In this document: positions 12,781 through 24,137 of the stretch, piece after piece
Layout of the letters: each line of letters opens with the position of its first letter
How positions within the stretch are numbered: the stretch's first letter is position 1
DNA from: Zootoca vivipara
Taxonomy: Eukaryota
Length of the DNA stretch: 64,000 nt
Assembly (NCBI RefSeq): GCF_963506605.1
Contig: NC_083288.1
Location: 27,838,001 to 27,902,000, forward strand
Direction of reading: 5' to 3'
Notes under the pieces: model-generated
Databases searched by the model: none
The model's input: the letters and a program-made list of their open reading frames with translations, nothing else
Told to the model about the DNA's origin: nothing
Position numbers and translations under genes: made by a program

Positions 12781-13666
12781 GTTATCCACTGTGATATTTC
12801 CTTTAAAATACCTTTAAAGCCCTTCATCATTTGTTCTATGGGGCATATTGCTGTGCAGACATAGAATTATAGGACTGTAGAGTTGGAAGGGACATAAGGG
12901 TCATCTAGTCCAACCTCCTGCATGGGGTGTATGTGGTGTGTAGAGAGGGGTAGTACCTCTGTTGGTACTCATGTGATTCTTCTGGGGTAGTTTGTTCCCT
13001 CTTGGTCCCCATCCTGCACTCAGTTGTTACCTTTGGTCCCTACAAGCTGTCTTCTGCAGCTAAGCTGGTGCCAAATGTATTGCTGTTTTCCTCTCAACCA
13101 CATCAGTGAGGTTGAGAAAGGGGTCTTGTCACCTAGGCAGCCCAGAACACCCACTCATTTCTGCCAATTCAGTGGTTTGATTGTCCTCTGAGACAGACTG
13201 ATGCCAACAAATATAATGGGAATAACACTTTCTTGACCACATTGTATAACCTCAAACAAACAAGAATTAATGCTCAGTTCCCCATCATTTTCCAGACACA
13301 AATCCGAGATTTAAATATCTGTGTCCTTGTGCCCCCCCCCATGTCACTCACTCTTTCAGGCAGAATCAGAGCAAATGTCAGTTTGGGTTTTCTGGGAGTT
13401 TTCTTTATAAAGTGGGTTTTCATGAGGAAGCTCTGGAGTAGGTTGTGTGGAAGCATTCAGAAAGGAAGCAATAAAATGCAGACCATGTCTGGAAAGCGTG
13501 GAGAAAGGGTATGTGTGGATGACGCCCTACATTGCCACAAATTTGGACAAAGAAATCAGTATGAATGGCCAATAAACAGGTCATCCAGAACTGACCTTAC
13601 CAGCAAGCTGGACCACTAAAATCCTTACTTTTCCCCCCAAGAGAGTGATGTGTTTGATGATACAAA

Positions 13667-15175
13667 GATGATGATGATGATAATTTATTATTTATACCCC
13701 GTCCATCTGGATGGATTTTTCCAGCCACTCTGGGGTGCTTCCAACAGAAAAATTAAAATACAATAATTTATTAAACATTAAAAGCTTCCCTAAACAGGGC
13801 TGCCTTCAGATGTCCTTTAAAAGTCTGGTAGTTGTTTTTCTCTTTGACATCTGGTGGGAGGGCGTTCCACAGGGCGGGTGCCACTACTGAGAAGGCCCTC
13901 TGTCTGGTTCCCTGTAACTTGGCTTCTCGCAGTGAGGGAACCGCCAGAAGGCCCTCAGCACTGGACCTCAGTGTCCGGGCAGAACCATGGAGGTGAAGAC
14001 GCTCCTTCAGGTATACTGGATCGAGGCCAATTAGGGCTTTAAAGGTCTGCACTTTGAATTGTGCTCGGAAACGTACAGGGAGCCAATGTAGGTCTTTCAA
14101 GACCGGTGTTATGTGGTCTTGGCGGCTGCTCCCAGTCACCAGTCTAGCTGCCGCATTCTGGATTAATTGTAGATTCCAGGTCACCTTCAAAGGTAGCCCC
14201 ACACAGAGTGCATTGCAGTAGTCCAAGTGAGAGATAACTAGAGCATGCACTACTCTGGTGAGACAGTCCACGGGCAGGTAGGGTCTCAGCTTGCATACCA
14301 TATGGAGCTGATAAACAGCTGTCCTGGATGCAGAATTAACCTGTGCCTCCATGGACAGCTGTGAGTCCAAAATGACTCCCAGGCTACGCACCTGGTCCTT
14401 CAGGGGCACAGTTACCCTATTCTGGACCAGGGAGTCCTCCACACCTGCCCACCTCCTGTCCCCCACAAACAGTACTTCTGTCTTGTCAGGATTCAACCTC
14501 AATCTTTTAGCCACCATCCATCCTCCAACCGCCTCCAGGCACTCACACAGGACCTTCACCGCCTTCACTGGTTCTGATTTGAAAGAGAGGTTGAGCTGGG
14601 TATCGTCTGCATACTGATGAACACCCAGCCCAAACCCCCTGATGATCTCTCCCAGCGGCTGCATGTAGATGTTAAAAAGCATGGGGGAGAGGACAAAACC
14701 CTGAGGCACCCCACAAGTGAGAGCCCAGGGGTCTGAACACTCATCCCCCACCACCACTTTCTGAACATGGCCCAGGAGGAAGGAGCGGAACCACTGTATA
14801 ACAGTGCCCCCAGCTCCCAACCCCTCTAGACGGTCCAGAAGGATGTTATGGTCGATGGTGTCAAAACCCGCTGAGAGATCCAGCAGGACTAGGAAACAGC
14901 TCTCACCTTTGTCCCTAGCCTGCCGGAGATCATCAACCAGTGTGACCAAGGCAGTTTCAGTCCCATGATGAAGCCTGAACCCTGACTGGAAGGGATCCAA
15001 ATGGTCCGCTTCTTCCAGGCGTGCCTGGAGTTGTTCAGCAACCACTCGCTCAATCACCTTGCCCAAGAATGGAAGATTTGAGACTGGGTGATAGTTGGCC
15101 ATATTAGCCGCATCTAAACATGGTTTTTTAAGAAGCGGTTTAATGACCGCCTCTTTCAGCAGGTCTGGGAATACT
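13667..15175 (-). mobile_element. L2-clade LINE, 3' part with open reverse transcriptase ORF (stop 13771, open into the gap at 15176)
   Basis: NYHPVSNLPFLGK, DPFQSGFR, HGTETAL, LLDLSAGFDT, GVPQG, YADDTQL. The frame continues upstream as VFPDLLKEAVIKPLLKK. 3' UTR and (ATC)n tail at ~13667. Confidence 0.93.
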
Positions 15176-16531
15176 NNNNNNNNNNNNNNNNNNNNNNNNN
15201 NNNNNNNNNNNNNNNNNNNNNNNNNNNNNNNNNNNNNNNNNNNNNNNNNNNNNNNNNNNNNNNNNNNNNNNNNNNNNNNNNNNNNNNNNNNNNNNNNNNN
15301 NNNNNNNNNNNNNNNNNNNNNNNNNNNNNNNNNNNNNNNNNNNNNNNNNNNNNNNNNNNNNNNNNNTTGGCCATTATAAGTCTTTTGAAAGGGAAAAAGG
15401 GGTGATTTTCATAAATGACTGAGACCAGGCTTGGATTCAGCAATAAAAGTTGTAGTTACGACCATTTGGCATACAAAACGAAGTTGGTAAAAGGTACAGT
15501 GGAAGGAGTGGGGAGAACTTTTGTTCCCTTCCTTCCACTGCTGTCAGTCTGGGTGTAGGTCAGTTATGCCAGAACTAGCAAGTAAGCTGCCCCTCCCCCA
15601 CCTGCTTAACATGCTCAGCCCCCAAATGGGTGATTTCAGAGGATCCGAGTCAGGTAACGAGGAGGGGAGACACAGAGAGCACCTAGCCTTCCTGGATCGT
15701 CTCTGAGCCCAATGTAGCTTTCCCCTTCTTTGGCAGACCCCAATCTCAACACATGCAGCATTGCTCCAAAACGTTGTAGACACATAAGTGAAAAATTCCC
15801 TTTGGTTCCACAGAAATACCCACAATAACTCACATAGTCATTTATATGAAGTTTATTAAGAGCTAGGCAGAAAGCAAGAGGACAAATGGTAGTTCAACGA
15901 TAACAACAAAAATCAGCCCACAGGTTATCCCATGTCTGCCTATCATAGTATCACAGAATTTTAGAGTTGGAATTGACCCGGAGGGTCAACTGATTCAACC
16001 TCATGAAGTACCTATCTTACTGCAGCTACTTACAATTAGCCTTTGGGTCTCATCCTGTGCAAAGTAGCAGCATTGATTACAGAACCTCCAACATTTCTCC
16101 AATGAAAAGAGGGAGAACCTATTCTATTATTATTTATTATTATTTATCAGTGTTGTTGTTGTTTCTATCATTATCAATCCCCTGGCCATCTGGCTTGGTT
16201 GCCCCAGCCACTCTCGTGGCTTCCAACATATATAAAAACTTAATAAAATATTTTAAAACTTCCCTATACAGGGCAACCTTCAAATGTCTTCTAAAGGCTG
16301 TATTGTTACTTATCTCATTGGCTTGGGGGTTGCCTAACTCCATACCTCCAACATTTATCCAATGAAATTAGGGACATCCTAAAGAAAAGCAGGACATCAA
16401 ATCAGATCAAATCAGACACTGAGACAGTTTCTGTACATCCAAGACAATCCCTGCAAGAAAGGGAAACTTTTTTGGGGGGTGGGTCTGTGATGGTCAGGTA
16501 ACATGAGGGATGTTGAGATGCAATGAGGGAT

Positions 16532-16850
16532 GTTACAGGTAGGTAGCCGTGTTGGTCTGACGTAGTTGAAACAAAAAATAATTAAAAAATCCTTCCAGTA
16601 GCACCTTAGAGGCCAACTAAGTTTTTCATAGGTATGAGCTTTCGTGTGCATGCACACTTCTTCAGATACACTGAAACAGAAGTCACCAGACCCTTATGTA
16701 TAGTCAGAGGGTGGGGAGGGGTATTACTCAGAAGGGTGGTGGGAATGGGTGATTGGCTGATAGGAGTGGTAAACCTGTTGACGACTGTTAACGACTGCAA
16801 TTGGTCTTGCAGGAAAAAGCAAGGGGTGAGATGGCATAAGAAAACTTTAT
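16532..16850 (-). mobile_element. Penelope-like element (PLE) terminal pseudo-LTR fragment
   Basis: Starts GTTACAGGTAGGTAGCCGTGTTGGTC and contains a hammerhead core. Flanked by a ~24-bp duplication CATGAGGGATGTTGAGATRCAATG (16502-16525 and 16851-16874). Absent from the paralogous sites at ~22245 and ~26515. Confidence 0.8.
16632..16669 (-). ncRNA. Minimal type I hammerhead ribozyme motif
   Basis: Minus strand reads GTAT-CTGAAGA-A-GTGTGCATGCACAC-GAAA-GCTC-ATAC: stem I GTAT/ATAC, CUGANGA box, palindromic stem II, GAAA, palindromic AGCT, UC cleavage site. Confidence 0.8.
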
Positions 16851-17910
16851 CATGAGGGATGTTGAGATACAATGGGCTATATGGCTACAGTTCACTTGCA
16901 AGAGGTTTGATTCAGGTAGCTCTTGATTGATATCTGGCATTGTCCAGACAATTACAAGCTGGTTAGGAGCCAGGGGAATGCCAATCAGCACTAAATTAGT
17001 CTCTGCAAATGTTGGAAGTCAATGCAGATGAAAGGTGGGTCTGGGGTTCTTTATACTGGCTGACACAGACAAATGGAAACACCTCTGGAACAGAAGTATG
17101 CTAGGAGAAGTCCAAAGGAAGGGAATTGTTACATAGTGATTTCATGTGAAAAAATGTGGGCAGTATCCCTGCACATAATCCTTTCCTGTCATTTAAAATG
17201 TAGAACAGCATGGTGGTATAGCAATTAAAAAACCACAGTTCTAGAATGCTGCATCAATTGCAGTGCAAAGGGGATGTCAGAAATCGGGACAGAAGCACTA
17301 GCATCATAACTGTAAAAACACATGCAATAAACCCTACCGTACATCTGAATGCACCTTGGCAGAAGTTCCCCAGAGTTTCAGGGGGGGGAAAAACCTTTCC
17401 CATCCCTGCCTGGAGTGAACATGGGACCTTTTGCATACAAAGCATGTGATTTACGCTTGGGCTCCGATGGTAGGGGATGAAGGGACAGGAAACTTTCATG
17501 TTAAGTTATATTAGGTTCCAAGCTTAATTGAGGATGATTCCCAGTCCCCCCAATAGTTTTACATCCATCCCCCAACACAAATTGTTTAGGAGGAATCCTC
17601 TACGCTCGCAGATATATCTTTTGGGGAATTTCTGGTGATTTCACTAGGAGGGAACCACAACCTTACCTCACACAAATTTATTTATGATAAATTATCCCAC
17701 TGTTAGATAGATAAAAGCAAGGTTAGATGACTTAAATTCCCATTTATATCAAGGATCATATATTAAAGCATAATTAACTTAATCCCATTAATTTTAATGG
17801 GGACCACATTTCAACTAAATCATTCTGGATCCAAGCTAATGCTTCCAGAAATTAGCAGGTACAAGTCCCTACCTATTTTGGAACTCTCACAATATGTCAA
17901 TCCATTTTTA

Positions 17911-18864
17911 TCACCCAAAGCGTCTTCTAGCCCAGATTCTTCTAAAAGCATGTTTTACCTCTTTATTCCTCAAGCTGTATATGAGTGGGTTCAACATGGG
18001 ACCGATAACAGTATAGAAAAGTGAGAGAAATTTGTCAGTGTTTGGTGAGTAAGTGGAATTGGGCTTCAAATATGTAATACAAGCAGAACCATAGAACAAG
18101 GTCACCACAATGAGGTGTGAAGAGCAGGTGGAGAAGGTCTTCTTCCGACCCTCAGAGGACGAGATCTTCAAAATAGTGGTTATAATGCCAGCATAAGACA
18201 TCAAGATCAGGATAAAAGGCAAAGTCCCAAAAATCATAGTTGCCACAAAGACTGCAATTTCAACCCCTGAAGTGTCCCCACAAGCCAATTTCAGCAAAGG
18301 TGGGATGTCGCAAAAGAAGTGGTTGATCACATTGGAGCTACAGTAGGAGAGAGTAAATATCATGCTGGTGTGACCAAAGGCCATCAGAAACCCACTTAAC
18401 CAAGACGCAACAGCTAAAGTAAAATAAACTTTTTGGCTCATCAGGATGGGATAGTGCAAGGGCTTACAAATGGCAATATATCGATCATAGGCCATTGAGG
18501 CAAAGAGGAAACATTCTGTCCCACCAAGGAAGAATACAAAGTAGGTCTGCAGAGCACATCCAATGAAGGAGATGGATTTATTTCCAGAAAGGAGGTTTGC
18601 CAGCATCTTGGGGACGTTGACTGTTGTGTAACAGATCTCCAGAAAAGACAGGTTTCTTAGGAAGAAATACATGGGAGTGTGGAGGGCAGGGTCAGCCAAC
18701 GTCAGGAGAATGATGAGGAGGTTTCCTGCCAGAGTGATGATATAGAGTGCCAGGAAAGTGAAGAATAATGTACTTTGCAGGTTAGGGTCATCAGAAAGAC
18801 CCAGGAGGATGAACTGTGCTGGTGCTGTACTGTTTTGTAGAATGTCTTCTTTTCTGTTCTGCAT
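17911..18864 (-). CDS. Olfactory receptor, class II (family 10-like), 317 aa, intact
   Basis: MQNRKEDILQNST start directly after acceptor TTTTCAG|G. Motifs LHTPMYFFLRNLS, MAYDRYIAICKPLHY, HFFCD, KTFSTCSSHL, LNPLIYSLRN. Confidence 0.96.
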   Translation of the reverse strand: MQNRKEDILQNSTAPAQFILLGLSDDPNLQSTLFFTFLALYIITLAGNLLIILLTLADPALHTPMYFFLRNLSFLEICYTTVNVPKMLANLLSGNKSISFIGCALQTYFVFFLGGTECFLFASMAYDRYIAICKPLHYPILMSQKVYFTLAVASWLSGFLMAFGHTSMIFTLSYCSSNVINHFFCDIPPLLKLACGDTSGVEIAVFVATMIFGTLPFILILMSYAGIITTILKISSSEGRKKTFSTCSSHLIVVTLFYGSACITYLKPNSTYSPNTDKFLSLFYTVIGPMLNPLIYSLRNKEVKHAFRRIWARRRFG

Positions 18865-20093
18865 CCTGAAAAGAGAACATAAAGAACTGATGAATTTAGG
18901 ATCTGATTGTTTGGCTATACGCAATCTTTTTGTATAGATTATATGTGGAACTCTGTTCAAGGACTGCCTAGATGATCAGGGAATGATCCAAAGGCACATA
19001 CTGCAGGGTTTAACTTCATTGGAATCATTAGGATTTAGAAGTGTTCTTATAATAAAAATTCTAAATTCTACCTATAGCTTCTGTGTCTTCTTCACATGGA
19101 GAGGTATTGTTTTAATAATCATTAAAGAGATTTCTCTGAAATTTCCTTCTGTATAATCATCATTTTTAAATTAAACATAGCAAGTGCTAACTTTTGGTAG
19201 GATTGGTCCTAATTAACACTATTAAAAGTCATCAAACTTGAAAAATAATCTTTGTCTAATAAATAATTTAGTATCATTCATGAGAAGGAATGTGCAAAGT
19301 GTGTTCCTTCATAGTGAAACATGATGAAGGCTTCAAAAGAAAATAATATGGTACTCACTGAAGTCCTGGAAGGTTACACTCAGCTCTCGGTTCCTGATGC
19401 TCTTGTTGCACTAGAGATTCCTCAGCCACAGTTAGAGAAGGTTGTGATCTTAGGCTGCCTTCAGTGTATTTGCCTCTTCACCATGCTTTATTCTGCCAGA
19501 TTCTTCCCTCTGGGAGCTGTGCTCAAAGACAGATCACAATGAATAACTGACTGAGCAGGCAGATGCATTAATGTAGCTATTCAGTTATCCACTGTGATAC
19601 TTCTTTTAAAATAACTTTAAAGCCCTTCATCCTTTGTTCTATGTGGCATATGGCTGTGCAGACTTAGAATTATAGGATTGTAGAGTCGGAAGGGACGTAA
19701 GGGTCATCTAGTCCAGCCCCCTGCATGGGGTGTATGGAGTGTTTGGGGAGGGGGTAGTACCTCTGTTGGTACACACCTGATTAATCTGGGGTAGTTTGTT
19801 CCCTCTTGGTCCCCATCCTGCACTCAGATGTTACCTGTGGTTCCTAGAAGCTGTCTTCTGGGACATCTCCTGCTGCTAAACTGGTGCCAAATGTATTGCT
19901 GTTTTCCTCCCAACCACATGAGCGAGGTTGAGAAAGGGGCCTTGTCATCTGGGCAGCCCAGAACACACTGCTCAGGCTTGTGCCCAGGGGAAGTCACTTC
20001 ACTTCTGCCAATTCAATAGTTTCTGTATCTCCTGAGGCAGACTGAAGCCACCAAATATAATGAGAAAATACTTTCTTGACCACGTTGTATAAC

Positions 20094-20292
20094 CAGGCCC
20101 GGCTCGTCGTAGACCCCCGGTGGCGCAGTGCACCATGGCGTGGGGCTGGTAAGCTGGGCACCGGCCTGGGAAGGAGGGCGCCGTGCGGCGAAGCCGCACG
20201 GAAACCAATTGCGCCCTGCGAGGGCGGGGCGAGCGGCGGAGTGATCTCCGCCCCTCAACACCAGGGCGCGTGATCTGCTCAAGACGGCCCTG
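20094..20292. mobile_element. hAT-type MITE, GC/CpG-rich
   Basis: Termini CAGGCCCGGCT / AGACGGCCCTG with perfect 8-bp TSD TGTATAAC. Empty sites at ~13243 and ~25357. Confidence 0.88.
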
Positions 20293-21000
20293 TGTATAAC
20301 CTCCTGTAATGTTCAGTAAATAGCTGGTGTTGTCTATGGGTTTGTCTACACTTACCTTTCCCCCAACATTTCCCAGACACAGGTCTGAGATTTTAATCTC
20401 TGCGTCCTTGTGGGTATTTCCCCCCCCCCTACACCAGAACTTTCACCACGAAAACCCACACTTCCCAGCACAATCAGAGCAAATATCAATTTGAGTTTTC
20501 TGAGATTTAAAAATTGATACAATTCAACTTTGAAGAGTGGGCTTTCACGAGGAAGCTCTGGGGAAGGTAATGTGGAAGCATTCAGAAAGGAAGCTTTAAA
20601 CTTCCAACCGTGTCTGGAAAGCGTGGAGAAAGGATAATTGTGGATTGCCACAAACTTTGTAAAAAGAAATCAGTATGAATGCTCAATAAATGGGATCCTC
20701 CTAAATTGAGGGTTCTGGTTGCACTCAGGCCCCTTAAGCCACCCCCACAGGGTGAGTTGTTACTAGGTGTGGCCCAAGCCTTGTCAGTTGGACCCTGGGA
20801 TTGTGCCTGGCTGTTTGGGCCAATTGGGACAGGTGGCGTGATCCTAGGTTCCTACAAATGTTGCCTAACCTTCCCGCAAACTTTGTACAAAGAAATCAAT
20901 TTGAATGCTCAATAACAGGACATCTCGAACTGATGTTACTAGCAAGCTGGACCACTAAAATCCTTACTTTTCCCCCCAAGAGGGAGATATGTTTGATGAT

Positions 21001-21046
<46 letters not shown>

Positions 21047-21066
21047 GATAGATAGATAGATATAGA
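21001..21066. repeat. (GATA)n microsatellite
   Basis: Directly visible ATAG run. Confidence 0.95.
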
Positions 21067-23183
21067 TATTCTACATTGGCCATTATAAGTCTTTGAAAGG
21101 AGTCTTGGTTTCACCAATAAAAGTTGTAGTTACCACCATTTGGCATAAAAAGGCAAAGTTGGTAAAGGGTACAGTGGAAGGAGTGGGGAGAAATTTTGTT
21201 CTTTTGCTCCCTTCCTTCCACCGCTGTCAGTCTGTGTGTAGGTCAGTTATGCCAGAACTAGCAAGTAAGTTGCCCTTCCCCCACCTGCTTAACATGCTCT
21301 GCCCCCAAATGGGTGATTTCAGAGGATCCTAGTCAGGTAACGAGGAGGGGAGACACAGAGAGCACCTAGCCTTCTTGGATCTTCTCTGAGCCTAATGTAG
21401 CTTTTCCTTCTTTGGGAGACCCCAATCTTAACACATGCAGCATTGCTCCAAAATGTTGTAGACACGTAAATGAAAAATTCCCTTTGGGTCAGCAGAAATA
21501 CGCATGATAACTCACATAGTCATTCTTACGAAGTTTATTAAGAGCTAAGCAGAAAGTAAGAGGCCAAAAGGAAGCCAGAAAGTTGTTTCAACAAAATAAA
21601 AAAAATAAAAAAATCAGCCCACAGGTTATCCCATGCCTGCCTATGTATCAGTATCATAGAAATGTAGAGTTGAAAAGGACCCTGGGGGTCAACAGGTTAA
21701 ACCTCATGCAGTAGCTACCTTACTGCAGCTACTTACATTCAGCCTTTGGGTCTCATTCTGTGCAAGGAAGCAGCATTGATTGCAGACCCTCCAAAATATC
21801 TTCAATGAAAAGAGGGACATCCTATACTATTATTTATTATTATTATTATTTATTAGTGTTGCTATTGTTGCTGCTACTACTGCTGCTGCTGCTGCTATCA
21901 TTATAATTCTCCTGCCCATCTGACTTGGTTGCCCCAGTCACTCTGGCTGGCTTCCAACATACCGGTATATAAAAACTGAATATATATATATATATATTTT
22001 AAAAAACTTCCTTATACAGGGCAAACTTCAAATGTCTTCTAAAGGCTGTATTGTTATTTATCTCCTTGGCTCGGGGGTTGCCTAACTCCATACCTCCAAC
22101 ATTTCTCCAAAGAAAATAGGGACAGCCTAAGGAAAAGCAGGACATTCCGGGATCAAATCAGAAACTGATACAGTTTCTGTAAATCCAGGAGTATCCCTGC
22201 AAAAAAGGGAAACCTGGGGGGGGGGTCTGTGATGGTCAGGTAAGATGAGGGATGTTGAGATGCAATCGGCTATATGGCAACAGTTCACTTTCAAGAGGTT
22301 TGAAACAGGTAGGTCATTATTGATATCTGGCATTGTCTAGCCAATCACAGGGCATTCAGTAGCCAGGAACAGAAGCATACTAGGAGAAGCCCAAAGGGAG
22401 GGAATTGTTGAATTGTGATTTCATTTGAAAAAAAATGTGGGCAGTATCCCTGCATGTAATCCTTTCCTGTCATTTAAAATGTAGTGCAACATGGTGGTAA
22501 AGCAATTAGAACACCACAGTTACAGAATGCTGCATCTATTGCAGTGCAAAAGGGATGTCAGAAATAGGGACAGAAGCACTAGCATCATAACCGTAAAAAC
22601 ACATACAATAAACCCTACATCTGAATGCAGCTTGGCAGAAGTTCCCCAGAGTTTCAGGAAAAAACCTTTCCCATCCCTGCCTGGACTGAACATGGGACCT
22701 TTTGCATACAAAGCATGCGATCTACGCTTGGGCTTCGATGGTAATGGATGAAGGGACAGAAAACTTTCATGTTAAGTTATATTAGGTTCCAAGCTTAATT
22801 GAGGATGATTCCCACTTCCCCCAATAGTTTTCCATCCATTACCCAATACAAATTGTTTAGGAGGAATCCTCAAAGCTCACAGAGATATCTTTTGGGGGGA
22901 ATTTATGGTGATTTCATTAGGAGGGAATCACAATCTTTCCCCACACAAATTTATTTACTATAAATTATCCCACTGTTTAAGTCGATACAAGCAAGGTTAG
23001 ATGACTTAAATTCCCATTTAAATCAAGGATCATATATTGAAGCATAATTAACTTAATCCCATTAATTTTAAGGGGACCACATTTCAACTAAATCATTCTG
23101 GATCCAACCTAATGCTTCCAGAAATTAGCAGGTACAAGTCCCTACCTATTTTGGAACTCCCACAATATGTCAATCCATTTTTA

Positions 23184-24137
23184 TCACCCAAAGCGTCTTC
23201 TAGCCCAGATTCTTCTAAAGGCATGTTTTACCTCTTTATTCCTCAAGCTGTATATGAGGGGGTTCAAAATGGGACCAATAACAGTATAGAAAAGTGAGAG
23301 AAATTTGTCAGTGTTTGGTGAATAAGTGGAATTGGGCTTCAAATATGTAATACAAGCAGAACCATAGAACAAGGTCACCACAATGAGGTGTGAAGAGCAG
23401 GTGGAGAAGGTCTTCTTCCGACCCTCAGAGGATGAGATCCTCAAAATAGTGGTAATAATGCCGACGTAAGACATCAATATCAGGATAAAAGGCAAGGTCA
23501 CAAAAATCATAGCCACCACAAAGACTGCAATTTCAACCCTTGAGGTGTCCCCACAAGCCAATTTCAGCAAAGCAGGGATGTCACAAAAGAAGTGGTTGAT
23601 CACATTGGAACCACAGTAGGAGAGAGTAAATATCATGCTGGTGTGACCAAAGGACATCAGAAATCCACTTAGCCAAGATGCCACAGCTAAAGTAAAATAA
23701 ACTTTTTGGCTCATCAGGACGGGGTAGTGCAAGGGCTTGCAAATGGCAACATATCGATCATAAGCCATTGAGGCCAAGAGGAAACATTCTGATCCACCAA
23801 GGAAGAATACAAAGTAGGTCTGCAGAGCACATCCAATGAAGGAGATGGATTTATTTCCAGAAAGGAGGTTTGCCAGCATCTTAGGAACGTTGACCGATGT
23901 GTAGCAGATCTCCAGAATAGACAGGTTTCTTAGGAAGAAATACATGGGAGTGTGGAGGGCAGGGTCTGCCAACGTCAGGAGAATGATGAGAAGGTTTCCT
24001 GCCAGAGTGATGATATAGAGTGCCAGGAACGTGAAGAATAATGCACTTTGCAGGTTGGGATCATCAGAAAGACCCAGGAGGATGAATTGTGCTGGTGCTG
24101 TACTGTTTTGTATAATGTGTTCTTTCCTGTTCTGCAT
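23184..24137 (-). CDS. Olfactory receptor, class II (family 10-like), 317 aa, intact
   Basis: [13 protein letters not shown] start after acceptor TTTCCAG|G. Full OR motif set and 954 bp like its paralogs. Confidence 0.96.
   Translation of the reverse strand: MQNRKEHIIQNSTAPAQFILLGLSDDPNLQSALFFTFLALYIITLAGNLLIILLTLADPALHTPMYFFLRNLSILEICYTSVNVPKMLANLLSGNKSISFIGCALQTYFVFFLGGSECFLLASMAYDRYVAICKPLHYPVLMSQKVYFTLAVASWLSGFLMSFGHTSMIFTLSYCGSNVINHFFCDIPALLKLACGDTSRVEIAVFVVAMIFVTLPFILILMSYVGIITTILRISSSEGRKKTFSTCSSHLIVVTLFYGSACITYLKPNSTYSPNTDKFLSLFYTVIGPILNPLIYSLRNKEVKHAFRRIWARRRFG

Noticed and set aside
15095-15443. ORFs containing X runs (also ~26.0, 41.8 and 43.0 kb)
   Set aside because: Artefacts of N gaps.
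18865-18960. N-terminal extensions of OR ORFs (also 24138-24272, 37489-37584, 44143-44241, 4410-4433)
   Set aside because: They lie upstream of splice acceptors, and two begin at non-ATG codons. They are intronic.
19321-19542. Recurrent ~72-aa plus-strand ORF (also 24597 and 29257) as a possible antisense micropeptide
   Set aside because: It recurs because of the duplication and is interrupted by early stops in the 12.5 and 28.2 kb copies.
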